Below, piece by piece: positions 28,891 through 38,622 of a DNA stretch of 64,000 bases. The stretch lies in NCBI GenBank assembly GCA_963675495.1, contig OY776215.1:512001-576000 (forward strand), read 5' to 3'. How positions within the stretch are numbered: position 1 is the stretch's first letter; each line of letters opens with the position of its first letter. This DNA is from an uncultured Methanolobus sp. (lineage in GTDB: Archaea; Halobacteriota; Methanosarcinia; Methanosarcinales; Methanosarcinaceae). The notes under the pieces were generated by a model that did no database searches, was not told the origin of the DNA, and saw nothing but the letters and a program-made list of their open reading frames with translations. The position numbers were made by a program, and so were the translations under genes.

Positions 28891-29616
28891 GTGATATTTT
28901 TGGCTCGCAATACAAAGAAAGCTTATTTATTGATTTCATTATTACTCATTATTTCCCTGGGCTCAGGATGTCTTGAAACTCCCCGGGCAACTCCTGCAGC
29001 TATCGATGAGAATGCATTGCTGGCCTACGGATGGTCACAATTATCCATTGAGGAAAACTCATTGGAGCACACAGTTACCGATTCAACAAGCATAGTTCTT
29101 AATTCCACGACTGTAAAATATCATAATGACAGACTTACAGCAGATATCAATGATCAAGTGCTTTATTTTAAAGAATCCAATAACCTGCCGGTTTCCATAG
29201 ATATACCTGAGAGTCTGAGTGCCCAGATAATCACGTATCGTCTATCTTTGCCTTCCGGAGCGAAACTACCTACAGAACTTGTTTCCAAAATAATGGAAAG
29301 CAAGATCGATGAAATGGAAGAAAATAATGATGTCACAAGCGTAGAGGAAACAAGCACAAAAAAACTTATACTTAATGATGGGACGGAGACAATTGTGAAG
29401 ATATTCTCCGCAGCTGGCAATTCAACAGATTCAGGAATGAGGATGTTGGGTTTTGTCACTGCCTTTGAAAATGAGGATACAAGCACTATTGTTATTGGAA
29501 TTGTACCGGATGGAGAGTACAATATTGATGCCGGAATAGTAAATGGCACACTATTTTCAATTGATGGGAACAGTGAACTGGACGAAATGCTGGAACTTGT
29601 AAGTACCATAGAATGA
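28891..29616 (+). CDS. Hypothetical lipoprotein
   Basis: Hydrophobic N-terminus ending LGSGC; 241-aa acidic ORF. Confidence 0.7.
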   Translation: MIFLARNTKKAYLLISLLLIISLGSGCLETPRATPAAIDENALLAYGWSQLSIEENSLEHTVTDSTSIVLNSTTVKYHNDRLTADINDQVLYFKESNNLPVSIDIPESLSAQIITYRLSLPSGAKLPTELVSKIMESKIDEMEENNDVTSVEETSTKKLILNDGTETIVKIFSAAGNSTDSGMRMLGFVTAFENEDTSTIVIGIVPDGEYNIDAGIVNGTLFSIDGNSELDEMLELVSTIE

Positions 29617-29737
29617 GCAGATCTATGAAGTATATATTTCACTTCAAAATACAGGCGAAATATAGTATAATATAGAGAACTGTAAGGAATACAAATTCAA
29701 TAGAATACCTTTTTATACGATTTTTTGAATCGAGTGA

Positions 29738-30571
29738 TTGGTGTTCGATTTGAGAAGCCCGTTAAAAAAATATATATCAAAAATGCTACCGGTTTTTCTT
29801 GTATTCATTACAGTAATCCTTTTTTCCGGCTGCATTGCCGACGAAAGCGTACAGATGTCCGAAAATCTCAACAACTCGATAGGAATGGAATTCGTGCTCA
29901 TTCCTGCCGGTGAATTCTACATGGGCTCGGATTCAACACCTATTGTAGCCTTTGATAATCCCCTTCATAAAGTGACAATAAGTAAAGCGTTCTACATGGC
30001 AAATTACGAGGTAACACAGGCACAATGGAAAATCATTATGGGAAACAACCCTTCGTTTTTTGAAGGAGATGAACTTCCTGTTGAACAAGTTTCCTGGTAC
30101 GATGCACAGGAATTCATAGACAAAATGAATGAAATCGAAAACACCGACATGTACAGGCTTCCAACAGAGGCTGAATGGGAGTATGCATGCCGGGCAGGAA
30201 CAACAACTGATTTCTCGTTCACAGAAGAGGCCACCAATCTGGATACATACGGATGGTCCGATGAACATGGATGGTGCGCTATTAACTCAAACAGCACAAC
30301 GAACCCGGTGGGTCAGAAAGAACCTAATTCATGGGGTCTTTATGATATGCATGGGAACGTATGGGAATGGGTTCAGGACACATGGAATGGGAACTATGAA
30401 GGAGCACCTGTTGATAACACTGCATGGGAAGAAGGTGACCCGAGCAACAGAGTTGGACGTGGAGGAAGCTGGATGGATGGCCCCAACATTTGCGAAAGTG
30501 CTTTCCGCGGGAGCCTTGAAGCAGACAGTACATCCAACGTCCTGGGGTTCAGAGTAGTGAAAGATATCTGA
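29738..30571 (+). CDS. Formylglycine-generating enzyme (FGE-sulfatase/SUMF1) domain lipoprotein
   Basis: Lipobox FSGC; RLPTEAEWEYACRAG, NSWGLYDMHGNVWEW, RGGSW, LGFRVV. Confidence 0.92.
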   Translation: MVFDLRSPLKKYISKMLPVFLVFITVILFSGCIADESVQMSENLNNSIGMEFVLIPAGEFYMGSDSTPIVAFDNPLHKVTISKAFYMANYEVTQAQWKIIMGNNPSFFEGDELPVEQVSWYDAQEFIDKMNEIENTDMYRLPTEAEWEYACRAGTTTDFSFTEEATNLDTYGWSDEHGWCAINSNSTTNPVGQKEPNSWGLYDMHGNVWEWVQDTWNGNYEGAPVDNTAWEEGDPSNRVGRGGSWMDGPNICESAFRGSLEADSTSNVLGFRVVKDI

Positions 30572-30660
30572 ATATCCATGAACAAGAGAAAAGGAAAGTA
30601 TGAACACAATTTACCCGTGCAACCGGAAAATATAATTCATATAAATTCTCAGTTCTGAGC

Positions 30661-31431
30661 ATGGTAAAAATTGCAGTCACAGGAAAAGGTGGAGTAGGCA
30701 AGACAACACTGTCCGGAACTCTTGCAAGAATGCTGGCAAGGGACGGATATGACGTGCTTGCCATTGATGCTGATGCCGATATGAACCTTGCTTCCTCCCT
30801 GGGAATAGAAAAAGCTCCGGAACCACTCACTGACTATCAGGATCTTATTGAAGAGAGAGCAGGAGAAAAGGGAGGAATGTTCAAATTCAACCCGAAAGTC
30901 GATGATATTGTAGACAGGTTCGGTGTTGTTGGCCCCGATAATGTGAAAATGCTTGTCATGGGCACAGTTGAAACAGGCGGAAGTGGTTGCATGTGCCCTG
31001 CTTCAGCATTCCTGAAAGCTTTCCTTAGACATGTGGTGCTAAAAGATTCCAGTGCAGTTATACTGGACATGGAAGCAGGTATAGAGCATCTTGGAAGAGG
31101 CACCACCCGTGGGATAGATCTTATGATAATAGTTGTTGAACCTGGAATGCGGTCAATTGAAACTGCTCAGAGGATTAAGCAGCTTTCCGAGGGTATTGAT
31201 GTAAAGCATCTTGCTGCAATCATCAACAAAGGCACTTCCGCAAACATAAAACCAAAACTGGAAGAACTTGGCATTCCTGTTCTCGGAGAAATACCATATG
31301 ATCCTGACCTCATGGAAGCTGACTTCAATGGTCTTGCACCGATTGATGTAGGAGGCAAGTGGGTGGATTATGTCACAGAGATCAAGAACAGCATGCTTGA
31401 AATGATAGCAAGTTTTGAGAAAGAAAAATAG
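30661..31431 (+). CDS. cooC: CooC/AcsF-family nickel-insertion ATPase (CODH/ACS maturation)
   Basis: GKGGVGKTT, DADADMNL, GSGCMCP (CxC), DMEAGIEHLGRG. Confidence 0.88.
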   Translation: MVKIAVTGKGGVGKTTLSGTLARMLARDGYDVLAIDADADMNLASSLGIEKAPEPLTDYQDLIEERAGEKGGMFKFNPKVDDIVDRFGVVGPDNVKMLVMGTVETGGSGCMCPASAFLKAFLRHVVLKDSSAVILDMEAGIEHLGRGTTRGIDLMIIVVEPGMRSIETAQRIKQLSEGIDVKHLAAIINKGTSANIKPKLEELGIPVLGEIPYDPDLMEADFNGLAPIDVGGKWVDYVTEIKNSMLEMIASFEKEK

Positions 31432-31810
31432 ATTTTTGATATCCATGATGCTCAAGACTTCCTGCAAGACGGCAGAATCCTACATCACAAAAGATGGTTC
31501 ATCGATCAGGGAACTGATGCATCCTCTTGTGCATGGTAACTCTGCACAGAGTCTCGCTGAGGCCACAGTACCTGCGGGAAGCACAACACTTTTGCATCGA
31601 CACAACGTTACAGAAGAGATATATCATATCCTGTCTGGCTGTGGTCTGATGACACTTGGGGATGAATCTATTTACATGGAAGAAGGAGATTCTGTCTGCA
31701 TCCACCCAGGAACTCTCCATAATATCAGAAATACCGGAGAAGAAGAACTCAGATTACTGTGTTGCTGTTCTCCTGCATATTCGCATGATGACACTGAGCT
31801 ATTTGAGTGA
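31415..31810 (+). CDS. Cupin-domain protein
   Basis: TKDGSSIRELMHP, LHRH...EEIYHIL, PGTLHNIRN, LCCCSPAYSHDDT; true start probably a few codons downstream. Confidence 0.88.
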   Translation: MRKKNRFLISMMLKTSCKTAESYITKDGSSIRELMHPLVHGNSAQSLAEATVPAGSTTLLHRHNVTEEIYHILSGCGLMTLGDESIYMEEGDSVCIHPGTLHNIRNTGEEELRLLCCCSPAYSHDDTELFE

Positions 31811-31874
31811 GATATGGGATGTCAGAATCGTAAAAGTAGTGAAAGAGTTAGTTCCTGTTGCATGGGAACAACTC

Positions 31875-34187
31875 TCAAATATAGTCATCCAAATTTATCG
31901 TTTTTTCTGCATTTATAGAGACAACAGTATTGGGAGTTCCATCGTTAAAATGAAAAGTATACTCTCCCGGCATTAACTGCATTCCATCTGAAAATGTTCG
32001 CCATCCACCGGAATAGTAATGCGTGCAGAGGCCGGAATTGCATATCACTTTGCCTGTTGTGAGCACAACAATTTGATCAGAACCGACATTCTGGACCTTG
32101 TCATCCGACCCGTAGTTGTAGTTGAGATTAAAAGTGTAAGATTTTGGGAGCAATTCTTTGCTTATTGAACCATCATCTGTATATCCAAAGGTTCGCCAGC
32201 CTCCTGAATAATATTTCACCAATCCGGAATCGGTATCTATAAGTTCCCCGGCACTGTCAAGCAGCTTCACTGTAACATGAGTCGTCTGGAAGAAAACGTC
32301 ACGATCGTTTGCAATATTCTGAGCTTTTTCAAGAGAGGCATATTCATAGCTCATACTGAAAGTGTAGCTATTTGGTAGAAGTTCTTTCTGAACAATACCA
32401 CCACTAGTAGTGCCAAAATCACGCCAGCCGCCACTGTAATATTTTACAATGGAAGAATCAGTATCCATGATAGAGCCACTACTATCCAGAAGCTTCACTG
32501 TAACAAGAGTTGTCTGGAAAAAAACATCACTATCGTTTGCAATATTCTGAGCCTTGTTAAAGGATGCATATTCATAGTTCATGCTGAAAGAGTAACTATT
32601 GGGGAGAAGTTCCTTCTGAACAATACCATCTTGAGTAGTACCGAAATTACGCCAGCCACCGCTGTAATATGATACAGTGGAAGAATCAGTATCCATGATA
32701 GAGCCACTACTATCTAGAAGTTTTACAGTAACAGGAATTGTCTGGAAGAGAACATTACTATCATTTGCAATATTCTGAGCCTTGTTAAAGGATGCATATT
32801 CATAGTTCATGCTGAAAGTATAAGTTCCTGGGAAAAGTTCCTTCTGAACAATACCATCTTGAGTAGTACCGAAATTACGCCAGCCACCGCTGTAATACGA
32901 TACAGTGGAAGAATCAGTATCCATGATAGAACCACTACTATCCAGAAGTTTTACAGTAACAGGAGTTGTCTGGAAGAGAACGTCACTATCATTTGCAATA
33001 TTCTGAGCCTTATTTAGAGAAGCATACTCATAGTTCATGCTGAAAGTATAAGTTCCTGGGAAAAGTTCTTTCTGAACAATACCACCACTAGTAGTCCCAA
33101 AGTTGCGCCAGCCACCACTGTAATATTTTACAATCGAAGAATTAGCATCCATGAGGGAACCATGACTATCCAGAAGTTTTACAGTAACATGAGTTGTCTG
33201 GAAGAGAACGTCACTATCATTTGTAATATTCTGAACCTTGTTAAGGGATGCATATTCATAGTTCATGCTGAAAGTATAAGTTCCTGGGAAAAGTTCTTTC
33301 TGTGCAACACCACGAGAAGTTGTGCCAAAATTGCGCCAGCCACCACTGTAATATGATACAACAGAAGAATTTGTGTCAATAATAGAACTATTACTATCAA
33401 ACAGACTTACATTTACAAGAGTGGTTTGGAAATCCACAATAGCATCGGCGGTGATATTCTGGCTTAGTTCAGAATAAGCATAATTGTAACTTATTCTGAA
33501 AGTGTATGTGCCGTTGTCCAGCGAATTGATAGCTAAACCATTGATGTCAGTTGTACCAAACTCCTTCCATGAACCCTGATAATATGTAACAACGCCTCCT
33601 GACAGCGGAATACCATCGCTATTTGTGAACCGAACTGCTGTTCCGGACATATTTAGAAGTTCTTCTAAAATAGTGTCATTAACGTAAGAACCGTTGTATT
33701 CGGAATCCTGATCTTGTTCCGTGTCTGATTCAGAACCGTGGGTTAAGGTCACTTCCTCTTCCAGAAGAATGGTTTCTTTAGAATCTATTATTTTGATGAT
33801 AATGGTATCTCCAGGGGACAGGTTTGCTATAGGAGTACCATCGTTATCTACCAGATCTATCTCTATGTCATCCCCCGGATCAAAATGATCCAATGAAGGC
33901 GTATCAAGCTCATATGTTTCCTCTTCAGCAACGACCAGGACCCTCACATCTTCACTGAATCTCAGGTTATCCCCGCCTCTGTGACTTATTTTCAGAGAAC
34001 TACCGTCACCCTGGCTTACATCAAGATTGACCATTGGGGGCATTCTCGGTTCAGAGTAGTGAACGTAGAGAACAGAACCCACAATTATCGAGGTCACGGA
34101 AAGAAGACATATTAAAATTACAACACCAAATATTGGAGATATTGCAGACTCGTTTTTTAGGATACCTACTTCCATAAAAGTCACCAA
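31875..34187 (-). CDS. Type IV pilin N-terminal domain protein with tandem 76-aa beta-repeats (putative adhesin)
   Basis: KNESA/ISPIFGVVILI class III signal; ISHRGGDNL (DUF1628-type pilin); repeated YYSGGWRNFGTT units. Confidence 0.85.
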   Translation of the reverse strand: MVTFMEVGILKNESAISPIFGVVILICLLSVTSIIVGSVLYVHYSEPRMPPMVNLDVSQGDGSSLKISHRGGDNLRFSEDVRVLVVAEEETYELDTPSLDHFDPGDDIEIDLVDNDGTPIANLSPGDTIIIKIIDSKETILLEEEVTLTHGSESDTEQDQDSEYNGSYVNDTILEELLNMSGTAVRFTNSDGIPLSGGVVTYYQGSWKEFGTTDINGLAINSLDNGTYTFRISYNYAYSELSQNITADAIVDFQTTLVNVSLFDSNSSIIDTNSSVVSYYSGGWRNFGTTSRGVAQKELFPGTYTFSMNYEYASLNKVQNITNDSDVLFQTTHVTVKLLDSHGSLMDANSSIVKYYSGGWRNFGTTSGGIVQKELFPGTYTFSMNYEYASLNKAQNIANDSDVLFQTTPVTVKLLDSSGSIMDTDSSTVSYYSGGWRNFGTTQDGIVQKELFPGTYTFSMNYEYASFNKAQNIANDSNVLFQTIPVTVKLLDSSGSIMDTDSSTVSYYSGGWRNFGTTQDGIVQKELLPNSYSFSMNYEYASFNKAQNIANDSDVFFQTTLVTVKLLDSSGSIMDTDSSIVKYYSGGWRDFGTTSGGIVQKELLPNSYTFSMSYEYASLEKAQNIANDRDVFFQTTHVTVKLLDSAGELIDTDSGLVKYYSGGWRTFGYTDDGSISKELLPKSYTFNLNYNYGSDDKVQNVGSDQIVVLTTGKVICNSGLCTHYYSGGWRTFSDGMQLMPGEYTFHFNDGTPNTVVSINAEKTINLDDYI
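32090..33630 (-). repeat. Intragenic tandem repeat, 228-bp period, about 7 copies plus a truncated one
   Basis: GCCAGCC anchor at 32195, 32423, 32651, 32879, 33107 and 33335, each exactly 228 apart; outer bounds approximate. Confidence 0.92.
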
Positions 34188-34304
34188 TTAGAAGATAACA
34201 TGCCATATTGTTTTAATAATATATATAATCAAACAATATTAGTAATATAGTAAAGTTTATTGTTTGCAACAAGCAGGATGCCTGAATACCAGTAGCTAAA
34301 CAAT

Positions 34305-35651
34305 TTAAATAAAATACAAAATCACGGGCAACAGTATCACTCCCATTGCATGACTCTTTTTTACCTCCAGAAATGGTGCAAGCATCCCTATGGGAATTGC
34401 TATTACAAACACCAGCAATCCGAATAACCCTGTTGACAGCAGCACCATGGTTGCAAGGAAGAAAATAATCCCGTAGCAAAGTTTCGGGTAGTCAAGTTTT
34501 TCCAGCACATGGTGGATGTTATTACCAAGATAGATAGTGGAAAAATATGCTAGTAATGATGTTAGTAGTATTGCACACAAAAAAAGCACCACCAATGAGA
34601 TTTCAAGAGAAACACCGCCTATCAGTTCGTTTATAGCAACCATGGCCCCACTTCTTGTCTTACCAACAAATGCAAGTGCCATCAAACCGAAAATTGCGTT
34701 GCTTGTATTGACACCGGAAATGGACACAATAAACTCTTTTGAAGAACTGAGGAAAGCCTCATTATTCCCATATCCGGAATTGGAACTCTTTTCTTCCTGC
34801 TTAACAAAAAGACGTGCAAACACTGTTGCTATAGATGAAGATATTCCAGGCAACCATGCAACAATGGAACCAAAGATACTGCCGGTAACCAGGCCCCTGA
34901 AGATTTTTCCTGTTTCCAGATCAGGCTTGGAATCATATTGTGTCGGGATCATTGGATCAGAGAACAGGCTTACTACAAGTTGTGATGCTCCAAAGAGTCC
35001 GCTTAGTAATGGGAGTAATATTGAACCCTGACCCCAATCAATTACCGGAACGGCAAGATAATCCATTCTGAATGCAAATATTCCTAAAAAGCCGCTCATG
35101 CCAAAGAGCAAAATGGCATAGACTCGTTTCCTCCAGACTTTTTGTCGTCCTTCGCCATGGAAATACTCACCTTTTTCGGTCATGACCATTACAAATACTA
35201 CGAAAATGAGTATGAGGGCCATATTTTCCTGGATGAGAGCATAACTTTTGACAAACAGAAGTGAAAGAGGGATCACAGTAAACATGGAAAACACTACTGA
35301 ACCTGCACTTCCCAGTGCTGAAAGACGAATAGCCTGTGCACCCTGACCTTCAAGCAATAGTGTATGACCGGGAAGCACTGCAAGTGCCGTATCCTCTCCG
35401 GGTGCTCCAAGAAAGATCGATGGAATGATATCATGAAAAGTATGTGAGATAGCATTTGATAGGATCATTACTGCAATACAGACGACCGGTAATCCATTTT
35501 CAAATAGAAACGGAGAGAACGCAAGCAGTATGAGTGCAAAATTATTGGTATGGATACCCGGCACAAGCCCGGAGATCACGCCTAAAAGGTAGCCTGCAAT
35601 CACAGATACCAGAAATGCCCACATGGGGACATCTGTCAGCACACTCATCAT
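34305..35651 (-). CDS. TctA-like tripartite tricarboxylate transporter permease (DUF112)
   Basis: GLVPGIHTN, IPSIFLGAP, VLPGH..LLEG.G..AIRLSALGS, WLPGISS, GKTRSG. Confidence 0.85.
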   Translation of the reverse strand: MMSVLTDVPMWAFLVSVIAGYLLGVISGLVPGIHTNNFALILLAFSPFLFENGLPVVCIAVMILSNAISHTFHDIIPSIFLGAPGEDTALAVLPGHTLLLEGQGAQAIRLSALGSAGSVVFSMFTVIPLSLLFVKSYALIQENMALILIFVVFVMVMTEKGEYFHGEGRQKVWRKRVYAILLFGMSGFLGIFAFRMDYLAVPVIDWGQGSILLPLLSGLFGASQLVVSLFSDPMIPTQYDSKPDLETGKIFRGLVTGSIFGSIVAWLPGISSSIATVFARLFVKQEEKSSNSGYGNNEAFLSSSKEFIVSISGVNTSNAIFGLMALAFVGKTRSGAMVAINELIGGVSLEISLVVLFLCAILLTSLLAYFSTIYLGNNIHHVLEKLDYPKLCYGIIFFLATMVLLSTGLFGLLVFVIAIPIGMLAPFLEVKKSHAMGVILLPVILYFI

Positions 35652-35881
35652 CGTTTTCCTTTACGTTTTGTTCAGGAATATTTGATTAGTACTTAATTTT
35701 TGCTGTTTGGTTTTAAAATAAATATCACTTAATAATTTCAATGTAGTGATCTATGACCCTGTAACTAAACTATAGAATATTTGAAGAAAAACGTACCGAA
35801 CATTTCCCTATTAACAGATACAGACCGGTGGTCTGGAGAAATATGACTTAAGTAATTTTGAAAAATTATCAGAAAATTGTA

Positions 35882-35959
35882 TGGTGCTCCGGCCGGGATT
35901 CGAACCCGAGTCTTCGGCTCGAAAGGCCGGAATGATTGGCCGGACTACACTACCGGAGC
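35882..35959 (-). tRNA. tRNA-Glu (anticodon TTC), CCA encoded
   Basis: GCTCCGGTAGTGTAGTCCGGCCAATCATTCCGGCCTTTCGAGCCGAAGACTCGGGTTCGAATCCCGGCCGGAGCACCA folds as a cloverleaf with a GTTCGAAT T-loop. Confidence 0.96.
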
Positions 35960-36040
35960 ACGTTGTTTTTGCTTTAGTGAAGCGACTCCAACATAACAGA
36001 CATAGTTATTAAACCTATGCATCCATAAATTGAATTTCAA

Positions 36041-37021
36041 TTGATTTTTGCATATCTGGTCACTAATGTTTATATAATAAGATTCCATGTCCTAAAAGTA
36101 ATGGATACCGAAATGATCAAATGCAGTAAATGTAACAATGATGCCATTATTTTTCAGAAATACTCAGGCATGCACCTGTGCAGGAAGCACTTCATCGCAG
36201 ACGTTGAACGTAAGATCAAGCTTACCATCAGGAAGCATTACAGCGTCAAGAAAAATGAGGTCATTGCAATTGGTTTAAGTGGCGGTAAGGATAGTAGTAC
36301 TACCCTTCATATATTGCACCAGATATTTGGTAAAAGACCGGACATCGAATTAGTAGGTATTTCCATTGATGAAGGTATTGATGGTTATCGTCCCAGTACA
36401 ATAGAATCAGCAAAAGAGCTGACTGAAAAGCTTGGCATCAGGCATATAGTTCGCTCATTTAAAGATGAATATGATACAACCATGGATGAGATTGCACCGC
36501 AGCAGAGAGAAAAAGGTGCATGCAGCTATTGTGGTGTCCTGCGTAAATCCCTGCTTAACAAGATAGCACTTGAAATTGGTGCTACAAAACTGGCAATCGG
36601 ACATAATCTTGACGATGAAGCACAGACACTTCTCCTGAATCACCTGAAAGGTGATGTTTCACGCATGGTAAGACTTGCTCCCCCAAAAGAACTGGAAGGA
36701 CTGGTGCTTAGAATGAAACCTTTGCGGCATATTCCTGAGAAGGAGGTCGCACTCTATGCTTACCTGAATGACCTACCGTTGGGTTTTGGAGGATGTCCAT
36801 ATGCCCATGAAGCAATGAGAAGGGAAATAAGGGTCATGCTTAACGAATTTGAAGTCAGGCACCCAGGTACAAAATATGCCCTTTTGAGTGGGTTTGACAA
36901 AATATCAGGCATTCTCGGACGTGAATTCCCGCAGGAAGGACTTTCAAAGTGTAGTATATGCAGACAGGCATGTACAGAAGATGTATGTCAGGCCTGCAAA
37001 CTCCTTAAAAGAAATCAGTAG
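36041..37021 (+). CDS. tRNA 2-thiolation protein (NcsA/TtuA/CTU1, TIGR00269 family)
   Basis: CSKC...LCRKHF zinc finger, PP-loop SGGKDS, CSYCGVLR, GHNLDDEAQ, CPYA, C-terminal CxxC-CxxC; real start probably ATG near 36101-36113. Confidence 0.9.
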   Translation: MIFAYLVTNVYIIRFHVLKVMDTEMIKCSKCNNDAIIFQKYSGMHLCRKHFIADVERKIKLTIRKHYSVKKNEVIAIGLSGGKDSSTTLHILHQIFGKRPDIELVGISIDEGIDGYRPSTIESAKELTEKLGIRHIVRSFKDEYDTTMDEIAPQQREKGACSYCGVLRKSLLNKIALEIGATKLAIGHNLDDEAQTLLLNHLKGDVSRMVRLAPPKELEGLVLRMKPLRHIPEKEVALYAYLNDLPLGFGGCPYAHEAMRREIRVMLNEFEVRHPGTKYALLSGFDKISGILGREFPQEGLSKCSICRQACTEDVCQACKLLKRNQ

Positions 37022-37923
37022 TCCAACATATAATCCTCAAAGGAGTAAAGTTTCTTCTCTGTCCTGTTAAGGTAGAAACGTGTAAGCCATACGACGATCA
37101 AAGGCTGTATTACGATAGTGCTGAGGATGAATTCTGCAAACGACCATAGCTGAGCTACTACATCCACATAGGACGTTGCTTCTCCTATCAGAGTTAACGC
37201 CACAGTTATTCCAACTACCCAAAGCCACATCAGAAAAACAGAAAACATATTGTTCCTGAAGACAGAGATCCCTTGTTCAATTGCACCGATGGGGTCAAGG
37301 CCATCAATAACTAAAGCATGATCTACAAGGAAAAAAAGAAGACTCAGGCTAATTATGTATAGAACCCATGCCAACATGCCTATCGTCAGTATTGTAACAC
37401 CTGCAACCGCACTGTCAGGATTTGCCAGGAAAATGCTTACATCACCTATTGAGATGATACCCGGAACAAGGAATACCAGGCCTGCAATCGCAAGCAAGGA
37501 AACAAGTACATTTACAAGGAAAAGGTTAAGGAAATTCTCCCGGCCTGCGTTGAACATATCCCCAAGATCTGTATTTCCTTTTTCAGAAGCTGCCCTTGCC
37601 ATTCCTATGGCCCCGGCTGCGAAAAAGGACTGTACCAGCATGTAAAGCAGGAAAATTATAATTCCCACAAAAATCAGCAACCACATATTTTCCAAAAATA
37701 CGTCCGAAAACATGCTCAGCATTTCTTCCGGGGATAAATTATCCGGGTCAATATTCTGCTGTGAAACGACCGGAATGATAAATATCAATGTGAAAATAAG
37801 CAATGAAAAAACAAAGAATGCAATCGCTGTTATCATTTCAAGTATAAACGGGACACAGATATTGAGATTCTTTGTCCAGGTACCAAAACCTTTGCTAATA
37901 ACCGTTCCAATGTCCTCAGCCAT
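37015..37923 (-). CDS. Multi-pass membrane protein of unknown function
   Basis: About six TM helices; FFAAGAIGMA and ALVIDGLDPIGAI patterns. Confidence 0.75.
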   Translation of the reverse strand: MAEDIGTVISKGFGTWTKNLNICVPFILEMITAIAFFVFSLLIFTLIFIIPVVSQQNIDPDNLSPEEMLSMFSDVFLENMWLLIFVGIIIFLLYMLVQSFFAAGAIGMARAASEKGNTDLGDMFNAGRENFLNLFLVNVLVSLLAIAGLVFLVPGIISIGDVSIFLANPDSAVAGVTILTIGMLAWVLYIISLSLLFFLVDHALVIDGLDPIGAIEQGISVFRNNMFSVFLMWLWVVGITVALTLIGEATSYVDVVAQLWSFAEFILSTIVIQPLIVVWLTRFYLNRTEKKLYSFEDYMLDY

Positions 37924-38074
37924 TAATATAACTCCAGAGGGAGTTTCTATGCCTCACTAATATTTATTTGCATCCCATAGGAAAAAAACCGACACTTTGT
38001 ATATACAAAGATGAGCAAATTAAAAATACATGATCAAATCATAAACCTTAAATACCATAGTGACTTTTCATGTG

Positions 38075-38185
38075 TGTTATTGCACGGGTGGCTCTTTTCA
38101 TACATTAAACCCACTCCCACACTTAAACCCCACTCCCCAAATACATTATAACCCACCCGTGCAAAATGGGTTCTTTGTTTTTCTA
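38075..38185 (+). ncRNA. Putative small RNA with 12-bp closing stem and C-rich repeated loop
   Basis: TTGCACGGGTGG (38080-38091) pairs with CCACCCGTGCAA (38153-38164); AAACCTTAAATA promoter-like element at 38043-38054; T-rich end. Confidence 0.55.
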
Positions 38186-38588
38186 CATAAAGATCATTAT
38201 GTTGTTACTGCATGGAAAGCAAGAGGATTTGGAAAATTCAATTCCTGAATTTCTTTTTTTTAACATCGTTTTATAAAGGACAGTACAAACTGTCAGATTA
38301 AAACATTATAGGCAAACCAGACATTCACCAAATTATAAAATTAGTTAATGTTATTAATATGTGAGGATTGACCAGTCTGGCATCCTGTGGAAAAAATAAG
38401 CATCTATTGACAATTTCCCCTATTTTATTTTCCAACTTATTTATCCCTTAAACTTTCTTGATCGAGAAATTTGATCTATTTTTAAGTCTATTTTTTTCTA
38501 TAATTTAACGAATAGAATATAAAAAAATACGTAACTTCTATGTGAGAACAAAAATAGCGCAGTGTGAAATAGATCAAAAAATAAAGGT

Positions 38589-38606
38589 TTCCGGCTTTTG
38601 CCGGAA
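38589..38606 (-). terminator. Hairpin terminator downstream of hppA
   Basis: TTCCGGC-TTTT-GCCGGAA, followed on the minus strand by a T-run. Confidence 0.6.
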
Positions 38607-38622
38607 ATTGAACTTGTTTGTT

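Noticed and set aside
29738-30571. FGE-sulfatase (CLec-fold) gene as a diversity-generating retroelement target
   Set aside because: No reverse transcriptase in the window, and I saw no second copy of its 3' region that could act as a template repeat.
32090-33630. Regular repeats as a CRISPR array
   Set aside because: The 228-bp period is in frame within a CDS, with no repeat-spacer alternation and no cas genes.
35882-35959. tRNA-Glu as an integration site for a mobile element
   Set aside because: No integrase or transposase in the window, and I saw no duplicated tRNA 3' end.
38060-38248. 62-aa ORF from the track
   Set aside because: No RBS, odd Pro/His composition arising from the C-rich repeats, and the start lies upstream of the likely TSS. 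Better explained as an ncRNA.
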